From NCBI GenBank assembly GCA_026016225.1, contig CP061210.1:386000-449999 (forward strand): DNA of 64,000 bases, written 5' to 3'. How positions within the stretch are numbered: position 1 is the stretch's first letter; each line of letters starts with the position of its first letter. A program made the translations under genes and the position numbers. Below are positions 1-9,423 of the stretch, piece after piece. Under the pieces are notes generated by a model that saw only the letters and a list, made by a program, of their open reading frames with translations, did not search any database and was not told where the DNA came from. Source of the DNA: Candidatus Nealsonbacteria bacterium (GTDB lineage: Bacteria; Patescibacteriota; Minisyncoccia; Minisyncoccales; JANBVM01).

Positions 1-1
1 A

Positions 2-595
2 AGCAAAACCCCAAAAGAACCCTGGAGTATTACAGACTATGTAAGATGGACTGTTGATTTCATGAAATCTCAAAAATTAGACAGATTTTTTCTTTTAGGT
101 CATTCTTTTGGAGGTAGGGTGGCAATAAAATTTGCAGTAGAATTTCCTGAAAAAGTAAAAGCCCTAATTTTGTGTGATACAGCCGGTATTAAACGAGAAC
201 CAAATCTGAAGACAAAGATAGTTTTTTTATTATCTAAAGTTGGTAATATGATATTTGCGCCTAAGTTTTTGGTAAGATTTAAAGACAAAGCTAGAAACCT
301 TTTTTATATTTTTTTACGTCACAAAGATTATGTTAAAGCCAATGGAATTATGAAAGAAACAATGAAAAAAGTTTTGGATGAAGATTTATTATCTTATTTA
401 AGTAATATCAAAATAAAAACATTGATTGTTTGGGGTAGAAAAGACAAAATAGTCCCATTAGAGGATGCTTACTTTTTTAAGGAAAAAATAAATAACTCCC
501 AATTAGAAATTTTGCCAGAAATTGGTCATAGTCCTCATTTGGAAGTTCCAGAAAAATTAGTAAATATTATTTCAAATTTTTTAAGCCCGGTATAA
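2..595 (+). CDS. alpha/beta-fold hydrolase, 5' end cut by window edge
   Basis: Reading frame is open from base 2. Nucleophile elbow HSFGG and C-terminal GHSPHLE histidine motif. Confidence 0.7.
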   Translation, partial: SKTPKEPWSITDYVRWTVDFMKSQKLDRFFLLGHSFGGRVAIKFAVEFPEKVKALILCDTAGIKREPNLKTKIVFLLSKVGNMIFAPKFLVRFKDKARNLFYIFLRHKDYVKANGIMKETMKKVLDEDLLSYLSNIKIKTLIVWGRKDKIVPLEDAYFFKEKINNSQLEILPEIGHSPHLEVPEKLVNIISNFLSPV

Positions 596-629
596 CAACT
601 AGGCTGTTTTTCTGGGTAAATACTAAGTT

Positions 630-2240
630 ATGGTTTATATTATTTTGAGTTTTTTCTGGTTTTTCCGACAGACAAAAGCAATTTTGTTCTGGCTTTATCT
701 TTGGCAGCTAAAAGAATATCACATCGGTCGCTTTATCGACCATTTTAGAACGGAAAAGGGGAAAGGGATTTTGTTGAACAAATTATTAATTTTAAAGATA
801 ATTTTGACCTTCTTTATTTACTTTTATTCCTCTTTTTCTTTATTATTTTCTTTGTTAGTAATGGTTTTGTATTCTTTGGAAACAGCTAAATTCTTTTATG
901 ACTTTTTGAGGAAAAAAATAAAAAAGCCAGTATTTACAAAAAAGACAATCTTTTTGTTATTTGTGGCATTTTCATTCCAGACCTTTTATTTTTTAATTTA
1001 TTTTTCACTGAGAACCTTTTTAGTTTTTCGCCTTCTAATCTTTGATATTTTAACACCTCTCACTGTTTCTGGAATTGTTTTAGTCTTTCAACCTTTAGCT
1101 GTTTTATTAAGAAATCAAGTTATTCAAAGGGCCAGGAAAAAAAGAGAAAAATTCAAAAATTTATTAACCATCGGAATTACCGGCAGCTACGGTAAAACAG
1201 CAACAAAAGAATTTTTGGCTCTTATCCTATCTCAAAAATTCAGGGTTCTAAAAACCAGAGAACATCAGAACTCAGAAATTGGAGTATCCCGTTCTATTTT
1301 GGATGATTTAGATGAAAGTCAGCAAATCTTTATTGCCGAGATGGGAGCTTACAATAGGGGAGGAATAAAATTGCTTTGCAATATCGTAAAGCCTAAAATT
1401 GGTATCTTAACAGGTATTAATGAACAGCATCTGGCAACTTTTGGTTCGCAGCAAAACATTATAAGAGCAAAGTATGAATTAATAGAAAGCTTACCGGAAG
1501 AGGGGACTGCGATATTTAATTTAAACAACGAGGTTATAAAAAACCAGAAGTCAAAGATAAAAGATTATAACCCTAAATTAAAGAAGATAAGATTTTGCTC
1601 AACCAGGGAAAAAACTGATATTTTTGCAGAAGATATAAAAGCCGATAAGGAATACCTTAGTTTTAAAATCTCTTCAAAAGATGGAGATTCAGCATTTTTT
1701 AAGGTTAATCTAATGGGAGTTCAAAATATTGAGAATATTTTATTAGCTGTGTCTTGCGCAAAGGAGTTAGGAATGAATTTGGAAGAGATTGCCAGCGCTT
1801 GTAAAAGAATAAAACCCTCACAAGGAGGGATGGAGCTTTTAAAAGGAATTAAAGGCATTAATATTATTGATTCTACTTATTCTGCTAATCCCAGAGGCGT
1901 AATTTCTCATTTAGAATATCTGAAACTTTGGAAGGGAAGAAAAATAATCATTATGCCCTGTTTGATTGAATTGGCTCAAGCCTCGAAACGGGCTCATAAA
2001 GAAATAGGTGAGAAAATTGCTAAAACATGCAATTTAGCAATAATAACGACAAAAGAATGTTTCTCAGAAATTAAAAAAACAGCAATAAAAAATGGAATGA
2101 AAAAAAATGACATTTTATTTATGGAAAAAGCAAAAGAGGTTATAGAAAAGGTGAAGAATTTTTCTGAACCAGAAGATATTATTCTTTTGGAAGGTAGGAT
2201 TTCAAGAGAAATTAAAAATTCACTTCTATCCCAAAATTAA
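630..2240 (+). CDS. murF: UDP-MurNAc-tripeptide--D-Ala-D-Ala ligase (MurF-type Mur ligase) with N-terminal polytopic membrane region
   Basis: Mur ligase P-loop GITGSYGKTATKE plus central and C-terminal Mur ligase regions. First ~170 aa are hydrophobic helices. Neighbours are cell-wall genes. Confidence 0.75.
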   Translation: MVYIILSFFWFFRQTKAILFWLYLWQLKEYHIGRFIDHFRTEKGKGILLNKLLILKIILTFFIYFYSSFSLLFSLLVMVLYSLETAKFFYDFLRKKIKKPVFTKKTIFLLFVAFSFQTFYFLIYFSLRTFLVFRLLIFDILTPLTVSGIVLVFQPLAVLLRNQVIQRARKKREKFKNLLTIGITGSYGKTATKEFLALILSQKFRVLKTREHQNSEIGVSRSILDDLDESQQIFIAEMGAYNRGGIKLLCNIVKPKIGILTGINEQHLATFGSQQNIIRAKYELIESLPEEGTAIFNLNNEVIKNQKSKIKDYNPKLKKIRFCSTREKTDIFAEDIKADKEYLSFKISSKDGDSAFFKVNLMGVQNIENILLAVSCAKELGMNLEEIASACKRIKPSQGGMELLKGIKGINIIDSTYSANPRGVISHLEYLKLWKGRKIIIMPCLIELAQASKRAHKEIGEKIAKTCNLAIITTKECFSEIKKTAIKNGMKKNDILFMEKAKEVIEKVKNFSEPEDIILLEGRISREIKNSLLSQN

Positions 2241-2243
2241 AAT

Positions 2244-3320
2244 ATGGACTTTAGAATAGAGGAAATAAGAAACAAAAGAATATGGGAGGATTTTTTAAGA
2301 AACGTAAAAGAAAAAAGTTTTTTACAGTCTTTTAACTGGGGAGAATTTAATAAAATGATGGGGGATAAGATTTGGAGAATTGGAATATATAAACAACAGG
2401 CAACAGGCAGCAGGCAACAGGAGTTAATAAGTACGGCTTTAGTAATTAAGATAACAGCTAAAAGAGGTGTTTTTTTATTCTTGCCTCATGGACCAAATAT
2501 AAAGCGACAAGAAACAAACGACAGGCAACAAGTATTGATTTTGTTATTAGAAGAATTAAAAAAAATAGCAAAGACAGAAAAAGCAAGTTTTATTAGAATA
2601 GCGCCTCTTTGGGAAAGAAATATAAAAAATATTGAAATTTTTAAAGAGTTGGGCTTTAGGGAAGCCCCAATTCATATTCATCCAGAATTAACCTGGGAGT
2701 TAGATTTAAACATATCTGAAGAAGAGCTTTTAAAAAAGATGAGAAAAACAACTCGCTATCTTATAAAACGAGCTAAAAAAGAAAAGGGTATTGAAATAAT
2801 AAAAAGTAAAGACATAAAAGATATTGAAGAATTTAATAAACTCTATCGGGTAACAAAAAAGCGTCACCAATTTGTGCCTTTTTCTTTGAATTATTTAAAA
2901 AATGAGTTTTTATCTTTTTTACCCGATAATGAAATATTTATATTTTTGGGAAAGTATAAGAACGAGATAGTTTCTTCAGGGATTTTTATTTTTTGGCAAG
3001 ACATTGGTTTTTATCACCACGGAGCTTCTTCCTTAAAATATCCTAAAATTCCGGTTTCATATTTGCTTTTATGGGAAGCAATTAAAGAAGCTAAAAAAAG
3101 AGAATGTAAAAAATTTAATTTTTGGGGTATAGCCCCAATTTCAGATGGTGTTAATAGTCCCTCTTTTAAAAAACACCCCTGGGCAGGATTAACTTTATTT
3201 AAAATGGGTTTTGGGGGAGGTAGTAAAGAATATATGAAGACGCAAGACTTTATCCTCTCAAAAAGATATTGGATGTCATTTTTTATTGAGAAATTGAGAA
3301 GAATAAAAAGGAGTTTATGA
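2244..3320 (+). CDS. FemAB-family peptidoglycan interpeptide-bridge aminoacyltransferase
   Basis: N-terminal FLQSFNWGEFNK and overall FemX/FemAB-like layout. 3-nt gap after murF. Confidence 0.7.
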   Translation: MDFRIEEIRNKRIWEDFLRNVKEKSFLQSFNWGEFNKMMGDKIWRIGIYKQQATGSRQQELISTALVIKITAKRGVFLFLPHGPNIKRQETNDRQQVLILLLEELKKIAKTEKASFIRIAPLWERNIKNIEIFKELGFREAPIHIHPELTWELDLNISEEELLKKMRKTTRYLIKRAKKEKGIEIIKSKDIKDIEEFNKLYRVTKKRHQFVPFSLNYLKNEFLSFLPDNEIFIFLGKYKNEIVSSGIFIFWQDIGFYHHGASSLKYPKIPVSYLLLWEAIKEAKKRECKKFNFWGIAPISDGVNSPSFKKHPWAGLTLFKMGFGGGSKEYMKTQDFILSKRYWMSFFIEKLRRIKRSL

Positions 3321-4159
3321 GAAGATACAGAAAACCACATAGGATTAAAAGAAAAAAATCAATAATTAAGAACAGATTTTTTTTGTTAGGATTTCTTATT
3401 TTTGTTTTTTTGGTATTTGCCATTTATTTTTTATTTTTTTCTGATTTTTTTCAGATTGAAAAGATTACTGTTTTTGGCAACAAAAAAATTTTAAAAGAGG
3501 AAATTATAAAAATAGCTGAAAATGAGCTTAAAAAGAAAAAAATATTTTTTCCAGCTGAAAATATTTTTTTAGCTAACCTTGGTGGAATAGAAAATGATAT
3601 CTTAAGTAACTTTCCTCAGATAGCAGAAGCTAAAATAAGTAGAAGTCTTCCCCGAACCTTAATCTTTACTATTTTAGAAAGAAAAGCTGTAGCAAAATTT
3701 TGTAAAGATTATAAACTTTTTACTAAAGATGAAACAGAATCTTCTTATCAAAAATGCTTTCCATTAGATAAAGAAGGAATAATTTTTGAGGAAATTGGAG
3801 GAAACAATCTATCTCTGCCCAAAATAAAAAACCCTAATTCAAAAGATGAATTAGAGTTAGGGCAAAGAATTATAGAGACAGATTTGCTTTTTGGAATTTT
3901 AGATATTTTTTCAGACTTAGAAAATCTTAATATTCAAACAAAAGAATTTTTAATTGTTTCAGAGGAAAGAACAAATGTTGAAGCTTTAGATAATTGGGAG
4001 ATTTACTTTAATCCTAAAAAAGACTTAGGTTGGCAATTAACGAAATTAAAAGCTGTGTTAGAAGAGGATATTCCTTTAGAAAAAAGAAAGGATTTAGAAT
4101 ATATTGAGTTAAGATTTGGAAATTCGGCTCCTTTTAAATATAGACAAGCAAAAGAATAA
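3317..4159 (+). CDS. ftsQ: FtsQ/DivIB-like cell division protein (TM anchor + POTRA)
   Basis: Basic N-terminus, one TM helix, then a POTRA-like IEKITVFGNKKILKEEI. 4-nt overlap with the upstream gene. Confidence 0.55.
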   Translation: MRRYRKPHRIKRKKSIIKNRFFLLGFLIFVFLVFAIYFLFFSDFFQIEKITVFGNKKILKEEIIKIAENELKKKKIFFPAENIFLANLGGIENDILSNFPQIAEAKISRSLPRTLIFTILERKAVAKFCKDYKLFTKDETESSYQKCFPLDKEGIIFEEIGGNNLSLPKIKNPNSKDELELGQRIIETDLLFGILDIFSDLENLNIQTKEFLIVSEERTNVEALDNWEIYFNPKKDLGWQLTKLKAVLEEDIPLEKRKDLEYIELRFGNSAPFKYRQAKE

Positions 4160-4164
4160 TTATT

Positions 4165-5907
4165 CTATTCTATGTGGTAGATAAAAATTGACTTTCCAGC
4201 CCTTGCTATAGGTTCATAATTATCTAACCATTTATAGTAAAGTGCCGGTTGATTAAAATCAGGGGTTGGATTTCCTCTACCTCCCTGGAGTAAGGTAACA
4301 GATATTGCCAACCATCCTTTTTGAGGACCTTCTAAAGGATTAAATCTCTCCCATTTATCACCGAGAGAGTAGTTTAGGTCTCCGCCTCCAAAGTAATCAA
4401 CTTTTATTTTTTTGACACCTTTTTCTTCAAGCCATTGTGCTAATCTTTTTAAATCTTGCCCCCAATCATAATTTGAGTCCACAACGTATTTGTATCCATT
4501 ATTAGATCCTGAAGCAATTTCATTAAAATAAGACAGATAATAAGGGTAAGAACTTAAAGAAGAAAAGATGTACCAGGAAAGTAAAAGTGCAATTGTTAAA
4601 ATCCCTGTTTTTTTAAAAACAGGTCTTTTTATTTTTTTAATTACAGAGATTAAACCTAAACTGACTAAAACATAGGTAAAGGGGAAGGTAGGTAAGATAT
4701 GTCTTAGCCCGATATTGAGGTTCCCGGAGATAGAAGTTGCCCAGTATATTATCAAAAAGACAGTCATGGAGAATTCAGTAAAATGATTTAAGATACAGTT
4801 TTTTAATCTATTGAAAGTATCTATCCAAAAAGGTTTGTCTATAAAAAAGATTGTTAATAATAGAGAAATTAAGGTTAAAATATGAAATGCTAAGGGCACT
4901 TTTAAAACATATACAATTGGGAAATAATACCACCATCCCGAAGCTGAAATCATATTCATAAAATAAACAGTATTTCCAAAACTAGTTCTTTGAATAGCCA
5001 TTAAAAGACCTAAAAAGTAATGGCCAAGAGCTCTTATTATTGGTTTATCTGCCATCCAGATACAAAGGTTTTTTAAGGATTTCATGGGAAAAGGTTCCAG
5101 GATAGTTATTGTGTCTGAAAGCTGTCTTTCCGGGGAATAATTTAATATATGAAATTGATAAACAGGTAAAATTACAAATATTACTCCTATTACCCCAACC
5201 AAAACAGAGAGAAAAAGGTACTTTAAAAGATTTTCTCTTTTTAATAAAGAATAAATAATGGTAATTATTATAAAAAGAGGAATTACCAGAACTACTGAAA
5301 ACTTAAGAAGCATTGAAATTCCAAAAACTATACCTGCTAAAATTACATTCTTTTTTGATGGATTTTTTAAAAATTTTAACCAAAAATAAGTAGCTAACAA
5401 AACCCCCAACGTAATTCCAACATCAGTTGTTACTAATCTGCCGTGGGCTAAAAAATTTGGCGAAAAGGAAAAGAAAGTTAAAGTTAAAAGAGCAACTTCT
5501 TTTCCAAACTCTTTTTTTGTCCAATTAAATAAAAACCATCCTAAAAAGAGGAGGACAAAAACCATCGGGAGGCGTGCCCAAAATGTAATCTGCTCAGGGT
5601 TATTCCCAGAATTATATAATAATTCCCAACCGAATGCCCATTGGCTATTTACATCTTTGTTCCAGGCATCTGAATCTGATGGGAAATTAAGATTTAAAAA
5701 CAAAAGAGGTAAGGCAGCCAGGTCTTTAATTAAAGGGGGGTGTTCAGGGTTTATTCTGAAATCTTTTTGAGACAAATAAGAGTAACCTGCAGGAATATGG
5801 GACGATTCGTCAAATGTGGTTGAATCTCCCAAATAACTGGAGAAAGCCGAAACAAACATTATTAAAAGTAATAGAGAAGCTATGATATTCGTTGATTTTT
5901 CTGACAT
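4165..5907 (-). CDS. GT-C fold glycosyltransferase (family 39/83, PMT/ArnT-like)
   Basis: About 12 TM helices, first-loop FDESSHIPAGYSY acidic motif, soluble C-terminal domain. Confidence 0.7.
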   Translation of the reverse strand: MSEKSTNIIASLLLLIMFVSAFSSYLGDSTTFDESSHIPAGYSYLSQKDFRINPEHPPLIKDLAALPLLFLNLNFPSDSDAWNKDVNSQWAFGWELLYNSGNNPEQITFWARLPMVFVLLFLGWFLFNWTKKEFGKEVALLTLTFFSFSPNFLAHGRLVTTDVGITLGVLLATYFWLKFLKNPSKKNVILAGIVFGISMLLKFSVVLVIPLFIIITIIYSLLKRENLLKYLFLSVLVGVIGVIFVILPVYQFHILNYSPERQLSDTITILEPFPMKSLKNLCIWMADKPIIRALGHYFLGLLMAIQRTSFGNTVYFMNMISASGWWYYFPIVYVLKVPLAFHILTLISLLLTIFFIDKPFWIDTFNRLKNCILNHFTEFSMTVFLIIYWATSISGNLNIGLRHILPTFPFTYVLVSLGLISVIKKIKRPVFKKTGILTIALLLSWYIFSSLSSYPYYLSYFNEIASGSNNGYKYVVDSNYDWGQDLKRLAQWLEEKGVKKIKVDYFGGGDLNYSLGDKWERFNPLEGPQKGWLAISVTLLQGGRGNPTPDFNQPALYYKWLDNYEPIARAGKSIFIYHIE

Positions 5908-5970
5908 AGATTTAACCTGAATTGAGTTCCTATATCAACAAAAAAAGACACTTTAATGAGTGAGTCTTTT

Positions 5971-6888
5971 TTATAACCATTTCTTTTTACGGAAATAAAG
6001 TATCATTCCTGCCATTACAACAAGCATGATAACTGAAATTACCCAAAAACCTATAGGGTTGCGTGTAAAAGGAAGGGAGACTGGAAAATTCATACCCCAA
6101 ATTGAAGAAATAAGAGTTAAAGGCAGTACAATTACAGAAAAGATAGTTAGAATTTTCATAATCTCATTAATTCTGGCAGAAAGCAGAGATTGGTTTGTAT
6201 CCTCCAGTGCTAAAATAGCTTCTTTATGACTTTCCAAACCATTAAGAACCTGGTCATAAATTCCTAAAATATCAGAAAAGTAAGGAGAAAGGTTTTCTCC
6301 AAAAAAATCTACCCCTTCTTTTAAAAGAGAGTCTAAAACTTCATTTTGAGGTTTGATTATTCTCCAAAAATTAATAATATCTGTTTTAACCAGAGATATT
6401 TCTAAAACCATCTCTTTTTCTTTTCCGCTGAAAATTTCTCTTTCTATTTTATCAATTCTTTCATCTATTTTTTGTAGTTTAGAGAGACAATTTTTCCAAA
6501 AACCACTTAGGACATAATAAAGAAGATGTCCCGGTCCCTCTCCCATATAATTTTTTTTAGATTCCTCATAAGCTCTGCAGCTCTTAAAAAGTGTTTTTAA
6601 GGGAAGAATAGATTTGTAATGACTGGTAATTAAAGCGTCATTAGTAGCAATAATGTTTAATTCTCGAGGAGCTGTTATTCTTTTTTCTTTATCATAAACA
6701 GGGTAATAAAGAATCATAAAGATATAGTTTTTGTGGCGTTCTACTTTTGGTCTGTGACTTGGATTTATCAGCTCATCTAAAACCAAAGGGTGAATATTAA
6801 ACCTCTTTTTAAGATAATCAAGGTCTTTTTTTGTAGGCCTTTGAATATTTATCCAGGTGACTTTTTCTCCTTTAGTAATTTTCTTCAT
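5971..6888 (-). CDS. corA: CorA-family magnesium/cobalt transporter
   Basis: Two C-terminal TM helices with the signature GMNF (IWGMNFP). Confidence 0.85.
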   Translation of the reverse strand: MKKITKGEKVTWINIQRPTKKDLDYLKKRFNIHPLVLDELINPSHRPKVERHKNYIFMILYYPVYDKEKRITAPRELNIIATNDALITSHYKSILPLKTLFKSCRAYEESKKNYMGEGPGHLLYYVLSGFWKNCLSKLQKIDERIDKIEREIFSGKEKEMVLEISLVKTDIINFWRIIKPQNEVLDSLLKEGVDFFGENLSPYFSDILGIYDQVLNGLESHKEAILALEDTNQSLLSARINEIMKILTIFSVIVLPLTLISSIWGMNFPVSLPFTRNPIGFWVISVIMLVVMAGMILYFRKKKWL

Positions 6889-7011
6889 TAGAATTATTTT
6901 ACTATATTTTTTGGAAGAAAGCTAATTAAGAAAGTTTTTTAAATTGACAATCCGATAAAAAAAATATTATGATTGCATAATATAAATATAAACATGATTT
7001 AAATAATTAAT

Positions 7012-7680
7012 ATGTGCGCTATTCGAGGTGAGAAAATAATACCTGAATATAAACCAATATCCGAAAGACCAACAACAAAGAAAACAGACAGGAAGCCAAC
7101 AATAGAAAAAATAAGAGGTGATATTGAAAAAAAACAACCAGAGCAACAAATAGAAGGAATTCCGGGTATGACTAAAGAGAAATTAGAAGGATTACCTAAG
7201 ACACTGCAAATACTTCGGGGTAATCTCCAGAGAATTGCTGGTGCTCTTGGAAAAAGAGGAAGATTTGGAGTAGAAATAAAGTTTTCTGAAGAGGGAATTA
7301 AACTGTTAAATAGATATGCTCACCGCCTTAATTCTGAGAATAGAAAATTAGGATTAGCAATGACAGAAGAATTTTTAGATGTATACGGTGAATTTAAGGA
7401 TTTAGAGGATTGTAAAGAATTTTTTGGAAATTTAAAAGAATTTACAGAGGTTCTAAAGACAGGAAAGAAAATAGAGAAGGAAATGATAGAAGGAGAAAAA
7501 GACGAAGAAAAAGAAGATTTCGAGGAATCAGTGTTAAAGCTTCTGGAAGAACTTCGGGAAGAAGGTTATTCTGATAAGTCTATAAAATCTCTAAAAATAT
7601 CCCTTATGAGATTAACTCCTGAAGAATTAGAAAGGTTTAAGGAGTCTATGGAGGAACTAAAAAAGGAATTGGGAGAATAG
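7012..7680 (+). CDS. hypothetical acidic, glutamate/lysine-rich protein
   Basis: ORF only; no motif recognised. The overlapping minus-strand ORF 6967..7149 looks like a shadow. Confidence 0.4.
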   Translation: MCAIRGEKIIPEYKPISERPTTKKTDRKPTIEKIRGDIEKKQPEQQIEGIPGMTKEKLEGLPKTLQILRGNLQRIAGALGKRGRFGVEIKFSEEGIKLLNRYAHRLNSENRKLGLAMTEEFLDVYGEFKDLEDCKEFFGNLKEFTEVLKTGKKIEKEMIEGEKDEEKEDFEESVLKLLEELREEGYSDKSIKSLKISLMRLTPEELERFKESMEELKKELGE

Positions 7681-7747
7681 TGAATTCTTGTATCTATTCT
7701 AAAGAGGCCCTTTATTTTATTATTGGACTTTTTTTATTTTCTATAAA

Positions 7748-7791
7748 TTAGCACTTGAGAGTCTTGACTGCCAATTTTGGTTTGGTATAAT
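7748..7791 (+). promoter_or_regulatory. degenerate CIRCE-like inverted repeat overlapping a sigma70-type promoter upstream of hrcA
   Basis: TTAGCACTT-N9-GACTGCCAA at 7748-7774, versus CIRCE consensus TTAGCACTC-N9-GAGTGCTAA. TTGACT at 7764-7769, 16-nt spacer, TATAAT at 7786-7791. Confidence 0.5.
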
Positions 7792-7833
7792 CAACTCAGG
7801 TAAATATGTAATGAAATTACAATAATTGGTATT

Positions 7834-8541
7834 ATGACAACCGAAAGACAAGAATCAATATTAGGAACGATAGTTAATGAATACATTAACTCTGCTTTTC
7901 CTGTTAGTTCTCAGCTTATAGAAAAAAAATATAATTTTGGTATTTGTTCTGCAACTATAAGAAATGAGATGCAAAAATTAACTGAATCTGGTTTTCTTTA
8001 CCAACCCTATACTTCAGCAGGAAGAGTACCAACTGATAAAGCTTATAGGTTTTTTGTTGACAATTTATTTAGAAAAGGACTCTCAAAATTTGAAAATATT
8101 TTTCAAATAGAAGAGATTCTTGAGAAGGAAAAAAAAGATTTTCTCAAGTTTACTGTTTGTCTTTCGAAATTTTTAGTCACAACCTGTTCGGGTTTGGCAG
8201 CTATTCATCTTTTTGAAAAGGATTTTTTCTGGAAAGAAGGATGGGAGGAAGTATTAAGAGAACCTGAGTTTGAGGAAAAAGATTTTATTTCAAATTTTGC
8301 AGAGCTTTTAAAAAAATTTGAAGTAGATATAAAAAGAATTGATATCAATTCAGAAATTAAAGTTTATATTGGAAAAGAGAATCCTTTTACAAAATCTAAA
8401 GATTTTAGTATTATCTTAAGCAAATGTCATTTTCCGGATAAGGAAGAAGGAATTGTTTCTTTATTAGGTCCTAAAAGGATGACATATGAAAAAAATATTA
8501 GTTTGATTAATTCTTTGACAGAAATGTTAGAAAGGATTTAA
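7834..8541 (+). CDS. hrcA: heat-inducible transcription repressor HrcA (short form, 235 aa)
   Basis: N-terminal wHTH with SATIRNEM and TSAGRVPTDKAYRFFVD motifs. First gene of the grpE-dnaK-dnaJ operon. Confidence 0.75.
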   Translation: MTTERQESILGTIVNEYINSAFPVSSQLIEKKYNFGICSATIRNEMQKLTESGFLYQPYTSAGRVPTDKAYRFFVDNLFRKGLSKFENIFQIEEILEKEKKDFLKFTVCLSKFLVTTCSGLAAIHLFEKDFFWKEGWEEVLREPEFEEKDFISNFAELLKKFEVDIKRIDINSEIKVYIGKENPFTKSKDFSIILSKCHFPDKEEGIVSLLGPKRMTYEKNISLINSLTEMLERI

Positions 8542-8551
8542 TTAAATTTTT

Positions 8552-9085
8552 ATGGAAAAAAAAGATAAAAAACCCTCCTCCGCCAAGGCCTTAGAGGGCA
8601 AGGAAGAAAAAAGACTTGTAGAGGAAATTAAACAAAAGTTAAAAGAAACCGAAAAATTAAAAGCTGAATATTTAGCCAGTTGGCAGAGAGAAAGGGCAGA
8701 CTTTTTGAATTATAAAAAAGGGGATTTAGAAAGAATTGGAGAAATTATAAAATATGCAGATACAGGATTGATTTTTAAATTTTTACCGGTTTTAGACAAT
8801 CTTGAATTAGCTGAAAGAAAATTACCTAAAGACCTAAAAGATAATAAGAATATAAAAGGATTATTACAAATTAAAACTCAAATTAAAGATATTTTAAAAA
8901 GCCAGGGTGTTGAAGAAATAGAGTCTTTAGGTAAGAAATTTAACCCTAACTTCCATGAGGTAGTTGAGGAGGTTGAGCAATCTGATGTGGAATCGGGAAT
9001 AGTTGTGGAAGAAATACAGAAAGGGTATAAGATTCACGGAAAGATTTTAAGGCCTGCTAAAGTCAAGGTGAAGGTTTCAAAATAA
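8552..9085 (+). CDS. grpE: nucleotide exchange factor GrpE
   Basis: Coiled-coil N-terminus and a GrpE C-terminal beta domain (FNPNFHEVV...GYKIHGKILRPAKV). Confidence 0.9.
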   Translation: MEKKDKKPSSAKALEGKEEKRLVEEIKQKLKETEKLKAEYLASWQRERADFLNYKKGDLERIGEIIKYADTGLIFKFLPVLDNLELAERKLPKDLKDNKNIKGLLQIKTQIKDILKSQGVEEIESLGKKFNPNFHEVVEEVEQSDVESGIVVEEIQKGYKIHGKILRPAKVKVKVSK

Positions 9086-9115
9086 AGGTCAGAGAATTAA
9101 AAAGAAATTAAAGCT

Positions 9116-9406
9116 ATGAAAGAAAAAAAACAAATTAAAATTAGAGCAAGAAACGAAGACTTAAAAGGAGTTTATTCAAACTTAATGCAAGTTTTTCATC
9201 TTAAAGAGGAATTTATTTTAGATTTTTTCTTAAATGCGCCTCCGGGAGGAATGTTAGCTTCCAGAGTGATTGTGAGTCCTGAACACTTAAAGCGGATGAT
9301 TAAAGCGCTTCAAGATAATATACAAAGATATGAAGAAAAGTTTGGAAAGATAGAAGAAGTTGAAGTCACTAAAGAAAAAATAGGATTCAACGTAGAAGAG
9401 AATTAA
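9116..9406 (+). CDS. DUF3467-family small protein
   Basis: GVYSNL...EEFILDF...SRVIVSPEHLKRMIKALQDNIQRYE matches my recollection of DUF3467. Confidence 0.65.
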   Translation: MKEKKQIKIRARNEDLKGVYSNLMQVFHLKEEFILDFFLNAPPGGMLASRVIVSPEHLKRMIKALQDNIQRYEEKFGKIEEVEVTKEKIGFNVEEN

Positions 9407-9423
9407 TAAATAAAATTTTTAAT

